Origin: an uncultured Chloroflexia bacterium
GTDB lineage: Bacteria > Chloroflexota > Anaerolineae > CG2-30-64-16
Assembly: GCA_963774265.1 (NCBI GenBank)
Contig: CAVZDU010000002.1
Location: forward strand, 768,001 to 832,000
Reading direction: 5' to 3'
Length of the DNA stretch: 64,000 nucleotides
A program made the translations under genes and the position numbers. This document shows, piece after piece, positions 60,092 to 64,000 of this stretch. Under the pieces are notes generated by a model. That model was not told the origin of the DNA, ran no database searches, and was given only the letters and a program-made list of their open reading frames with translations. Every line of letters begins with the position of its first letter. Position 1 is the first letter of the stretch.

Positions 60092-61490
60092 CGAATTGAC
60101 TCACGCCAAATCTTACTTTCCAAGGATCGTTGCCTCAGATCATAATCTTACCGGCGTGTCGTCACAGCCAAGACGAGGGGCCGGGGAGAATGTGAGGCAT
60201 GATGAGTCCGACAAGCAAGCGCGAGTTGCTGAAGGCGATCCGGCCACGCTATACGCTGGGCCAACGGCCGGCTAAGCAGCAGATTTTGGACGAATTTGTG
60301 GCGGCTACGGGCTACCACCGCAAGTATGCGATTCACTTGCTGAACCATCCGCCGCCGCGCAGCGTGGCCAGGCGGCGGCCGCGGCGCAGCAAGTATGGCG
60401 GCCGGGTGCAGGCGGCCCTCGAAAACGTGTGGCGCGTGGCCAACGGTATCTGCGGCAAACGCTTGGTCGCCGTCCTGCCCCACTACGTCGAGGCCCTGGA
60501 ACGGCATGGTGAGTTGGCGTTGGATCCCGAAACGCGGGGTTTGCTGCTGCAGATCAGTGCGGCCACGGCCGATCGGCTGCTCGTGCGGGCGCGGGCGGCG
60601 ACCAAGCCCCACGGCTTGGGTACGACCAAACCGGGGACGCTGCTGAAGGCGGCGATTCCCGTGCGGACGTTCGCCGAGTGGGACGATGCGCAGCCCGGCT
60701 TCATGGAAGTCGATTTGGTCGCCCACTGTGGCCCCAGCACGGCCGGCGAGTATCTCCATAGTCTGGATATGGTCGATGTCAAGACGCGCTGGGTCGAGTT
60801 AGCGGCCTTACGCAACCGCAGTCAAGCCACGGTGCTGGCCGCCCTGATCGACTGTCAGATCCGCTTGCCCTATCCCTTACGGGGCCTGGATTCGGATAAC
60901 GGCAGCGAATTCATCAACTACGACCTCAAACACTTCTGCGAACAGGAGCAGATCACCTTCACCCGTTGCCGACCCTACCAGAAAAATGATCAGGCCTATG
61001 TCGAGCAAAAGAACTGGACCGCCGTGCGCCAGCTCGTCGGCTACGAGCGCTACGAAGGTGACCGCGCCTGCACCGCACTGCAAGCCCTGTACCACGTCGT
61101 GCGCCTGTACCTCAACTTCTTTCAACCCGTCATGGTTCTGGTCGACAAGCAGCGCCTCGGCGCCCAGGTCAAAAAGCGGTATGATGTACCTAAGACACCC
61201 TACCAGCGGGTCCTGGAGGCCCCGGAGATCGATGCCGCCACCAAAGTGCGCTTACGCCAACTCTACGACACGCTCAACCCAGCCGAACTGCTACGCCAAA
61301 TCCAGCGCCGGCAAGCCGCGCTCTGGCAGCTCGCCTGTGCGCCGGCTGTGCCAGCCGTGCCGGGGGGAACCCAGGTTCCCCCCACCCCTCCTTAACCTTA
61401 ACAAGCGGCTACGTTTTGCCGCGGTAAAAGTAAGATCTCTTTATGAGGCAACGATAACCCTAAAGTAAGATTCTTACGTGAGGCAACACG
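60092..61490 (+). mobile_element. IS element with rve-type transposase (ISNCY-like), 1399 bp
   Basis: Both ends carry two units of GTAAGAT..N..TGAGGCAAC in inverted orientation. 5-bp target duplication GGGCG at 60087-60091 and 61491-61495. Confidence 0.88.
60199..61395 (+). CDS. Integrase-core (rve) DDE transposase
   Basis: GYHRKYAI, EVDLVAHCG, DSDNGSEFIN and KNDQAYVEQKN motifs. Confidence 0.9.
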   Translation: MMSPTSKRELLKAIRPRYTLGQRPAKQQILDEFVAATGYHRKYAIHLLNHPPPRSVARRRPRRSKYGGRVQAALENVWRVANGICGKRLVAVLPHYVEALERHGELALDPETRGLLLQISAATADRLLVRARAATKPHGLGTTKPGTLLKAAIPVRTFAEWDDAQPGFMEVDLVAHCGPSTAGEYLHSLDMVDVKTRWVELAALRNRSQATVLAALIDCQIRLPYPLRGLDSDNGSEFINYDLKHFCEQEQITFTRCRPYQKNDQAYVEQKNWTAVRQLVGYERYEGDRACTALQALYHVVRLYLNFFQPVMVLVDKQRLGAQVKKRYDVPKTPYQRVLEAPEIDAATKVRLRQLYDTLNPAELLRQIQRRQAALWQLACAPAVPAVPGGTQVPPTPP

Positions 61491-61505
61491 GGGCGCGCGA
61501 CTTAG

Positions 61506-61623
61506 TGACATGCCCCCAGAAAGTCGCGCCACCTGATGTGTTAGAATCTCAGCGTAAGCGGGAGGTTCTGCGTGAAACTGGAGCGGTCTTCGGAGGAAGA
61601 GATCGTTGGCATCCTGCGGGAAG
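61506..61623 (+). pseudogene. IS3-family (IS407-like) left-end remnant
   Basis: TG...GCCCCC end, RBS, then GTG KLERSSEEEIVGILRE resembling OrfA. Confidence 0.6.
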
Positions 61624-61795
61624 ACGAGAAGGTTGAAAAGCCAATTTGGCCCCATCAAACACACACTGAGTTTGCTGCGGGCTGGCAACTGGAATCTGAA
61701 CCAGAGCGCGCTGGGGAACTCGATGCCCGGATAGGTTGACGCAGGAACGCGACGGACGGCGCTGCACGGGTTTTCATGCAGTCGCCGTCCGCAGC

Positions 61796-63232
61796 CTAGG
61801 GCTTCGTGAACAGCAGGACGCGGTCGAACAACACCTCCCGGATCTCCGGCCCGGTCTTCGTGGCGGGATCGAGGTACAGGCGGAAGATGATCTTGAAGGG
61901 CGAAGCGTCCGTCAGGGTCAAGCGGGCGCAGTCGGGTTGCTTGATCGTCATGCAGTGCGGGTCGTCCCCGCAGTCCCACGCGATCTTCCAGGCGTACAGC
62001 TTGTCGACGTTGGGCGTGTCCGCGTGCAGATAATCCGTGGCGCTGCCAGCGTATTGCGTGTCGAACACCGAATCCAGCCCGATCCACAGGGTGTCCTCGT
62101 AGATGCTAAAGCTGGAGTACGAGGTTTTGCCCGTCGCGTGGTGGTTGACTCCGTAGACCATCGCAAAACTGCCCTCTGGCAGGAAGAACTGCTCATCCGT
62201 GCGCGGGCCCACGGCGTCGCTGCTGGGGGCCATCTCGTTGATCTCTTCCTGCAGCCCGGTGAAACCCTCCCAGTAGTACCAGTCGAGCTTCTGCTCGGTC
62301 GCAACCTGGTCCCGGTACCGGTCTTTGATCGCCTCGCCGAGCGCATCGACCGCCGGCACCAGGTCGAGCTCGGTCTGGCCGGTGCCGCGTACCGCCACCT
62401 TGGGCACCGGGATGGGCTTGGGCTGCCAGGCCGGGTCTTGCAGCGTCACGCGGAGGAGGGTCTGGCTTTTCTTGAGATACTTGTCCAGCGCCTTCTGCTC
62501 CTGTGGCACGGCCGTGCGCTGGACCAGGAAGAAGCTATCGGCCATCGCATCGACGCCGAGGTGCAGCACGGCCGGCGGCAGGACGATGGTATTGAACATG
62601 CTGGGAGGATAGCCGGCCTTCTGCGCCGCCTCGCGCACGCGCGCCTCCACCTCCTGGTCGGCGACGATGAACAGGAGCATCTGGCGGTTGAACGGGTCGT
62701 TGGGTAGGCCGCTCGTGTGCACCGTCATGTTGTTGATGGAGTCGGCAACGTAGTCGTTGACGAGCGAGAAGATGTTGCGATCGTCCGGAGGATTAAACGG
62801 GAAATTGTACGGGTACCGGGTCGTGCGGCGGGTGCCCATGAAGACCGTGTAGCTGAAGTAGGCCATGGGCGGCGGCGTCTGGCCGATGAGGATGAGCGCC
62901 TCGTTCTGGCCCAGGTGGAAGTTATTGTTCGGCAGCGGCACAGTGACCTCGTCCGGGCCGGGCTCGACCTTGCTGACGAGGTATGGCGCATTAACATTGT
63001 TGTACATGCACTTGAACTTGGCATCCGCGGGGCAACACACCTCACTGGGCATGTCGAATGAAGCGAGCTTGCTGTCTTCATTCGGCACGAAGAAGTCCGC
63101 TTGCTTGAGTGCGGCCTTTAGAGAGTGGACGTTGCCCGCCCCGTGGCTGCTCGGCGCGACGCTGCCCAATAGGAGTGAGGCGCTGATGGCGAGAAGGAGG
63201 ACTACGGCGATTGAGTGCCAACGGCTTTTCAT
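61796..63232 (-). CDS. Secreted hypothetical protein
   Basis: RBS aaggagg, Sec signal MKSRWHSIAVVLLL, long ORF with strong GC3 bias. Confidence 0.8.
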   Translation of the reverse strand: MKSRWHSIAVVLLLAISASLLLGSVAPSSHGAGNVHSLKAALKQADFFVPNEDSKLASFDMPSEVCCPADAKFKCMYNNVNAPYLVSKVEPGPDEVTVPLPNNNFHLGQNEALILIGQTPPPMAYFSYTVFMGTRRTTRYPYNFPFNPPDDRNIFSLVNDYVADSINNMTVHTSGLPNDPFNRQMLLFIVADQEVEARVREAAQKAGYPPSMFNTIVLPPAVLHLGVDAMADSFFLVQRTAVPQEQKALDKYLKKSQTLLRVTLQDPAWQPKPIPVPKVAVRGTGQTELDLVPAVDALGEAIKDRYRDQVATEQKLDWYYWEGFTGLQEEINEMAPSSDAVGPRTDEQFFLPEGSFAMVYGVNHHATGKTSYSSFSIYEDTLWIGLDSVFDTQYAGSATDYLHADTPNVDKLYAWKIAWDCGDDPHCMTIKQPDCARLTLTDASPFKIIFRLYLDPATKTGPEIREVLFDRVLLFTKP

Positions 63233-63930
63233 TTCTACCTCCTTGGTCATGCGGCAAGGCTTGGGTGGCAACCAGGGTGACGGGCCCCTATGCTGTTGTC
63301 GGACCTCCCTGTCAGAGCGAGATGCTGCGGCGCCTGCAACGACCCGGCCGGCCTGCGGCTGTCACAGCTCACCGCCTGCGATGCCCCATAACCAGCAGCC
63401 ATCCCCGGCAACCCCTGGGGCTCCCTCAAGGCTGAACTTGATCGACACTGCCGGCCTGGGCCGCGTTCGGTGCCGGAGCTGCGGCTGCCGGGGGATAGAA
63501 GCCACGGATCACGGTATCAGCGCACTCCCTCGTTGCCAAGAGCGGCAAGCGGTGAGGCATCCGGGACGTCTCTTGCGAGGGATGGAGCGCCATCACAACG
63601 GGTGCGAGTTCGCCCGGGGCTTTGTCGGGCCACACGAGAGGCAGGTGGTTCGGAGTTTGACTACGGCGCGTCTGCGAGGCCAACCGAACGACCGGCATGC
63701 GGCAACCGCCGGGGTACGCTGAACTACATGGCACCTGATGCATTCGATATCATGCACATTATACTACTAGTCCGCTCTGATTGTGCCGCGAGTTTCAATC
63801 GAACTCGCGGCAAGAGCAAAGGAAATTCTTGTTCCTTACTAAGTGCAAGCTTACAATAGGCAAAATCTAACACATCCAGTAGTACTCATAACGGGGGCAG
63901 GTCAGGGCGGCGTCCCGGGATGCCCACCGC

Positions 63931-63985
63931 AATACAACTTTACGGTCATCCCGCTCCGTGGTATCATGGCGACATCAACGTCGCC
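63931..63985 (+). repeat. Dispersed promoter/palindrome element, copy 3
   Basis: aatacaac, then TTTACG-17-TATCAT, then GGCGAC-atcaac-GTCGCC. Confidence 0.7.
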
Positions 63986-64000
63986 CTAGTTGCACGCCCT

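Noticed and set aside
63240-63860. Short ORFs and a possible leader RNA upstream of the secreted protein
   Set aside because: No recognisable protein motif or RNA consensus.

Overview
High-GC bacterial accessory DNA. Tat-lipoprotein solute-binding proteins with Ala/Pro/Thr linkers, a YLPL-type motif and EAD-like domains suggest Chloroflexota (inference). There are four blocks. (1) 1-3967: the 3' part of a WD40 propeller protein, an EAD9/EAD8-like gene and a small HTH gene. (2) ~5.8-40.4 kb: a ~35 kb catabolic island under a FadR/GntR and a ROK regulator, each with a visible promoter and operator. It carries two ABC importers, three amidohydrolase_2 gene pairs, two C45 Ntn-hydrolases, two SIS and two UroD/MtaA-family genes, NanE, NagA, a BadF-type kinase, an FGGY kinase, an SHMT-like PLP enzyme, and creatininase-, AstE-, MBL- and LarA-family genes; its left copy is decaying. 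(3) 42.7-47.9 kb: a module of LuxR, a divergent PanB-like enzyme, a trigger-factor C-domain protein, an SDR and an orphan GroEL. (4) 48-64 kb: a cassette-like region with attC-type hairpins but no intI, several tyrosine-recombinase remnants, an unannotated UxxC selenoprotein candidate, a sulfatase plus anaerobic maturase, and secreted proteins. Three complete IS elements (IS66, IS630, an rve-type IS) have readable ends and target duplications. No rRNA, tRNA or CRISPR array was seen. All family calls come from motif recognition by eye; no searches were run.
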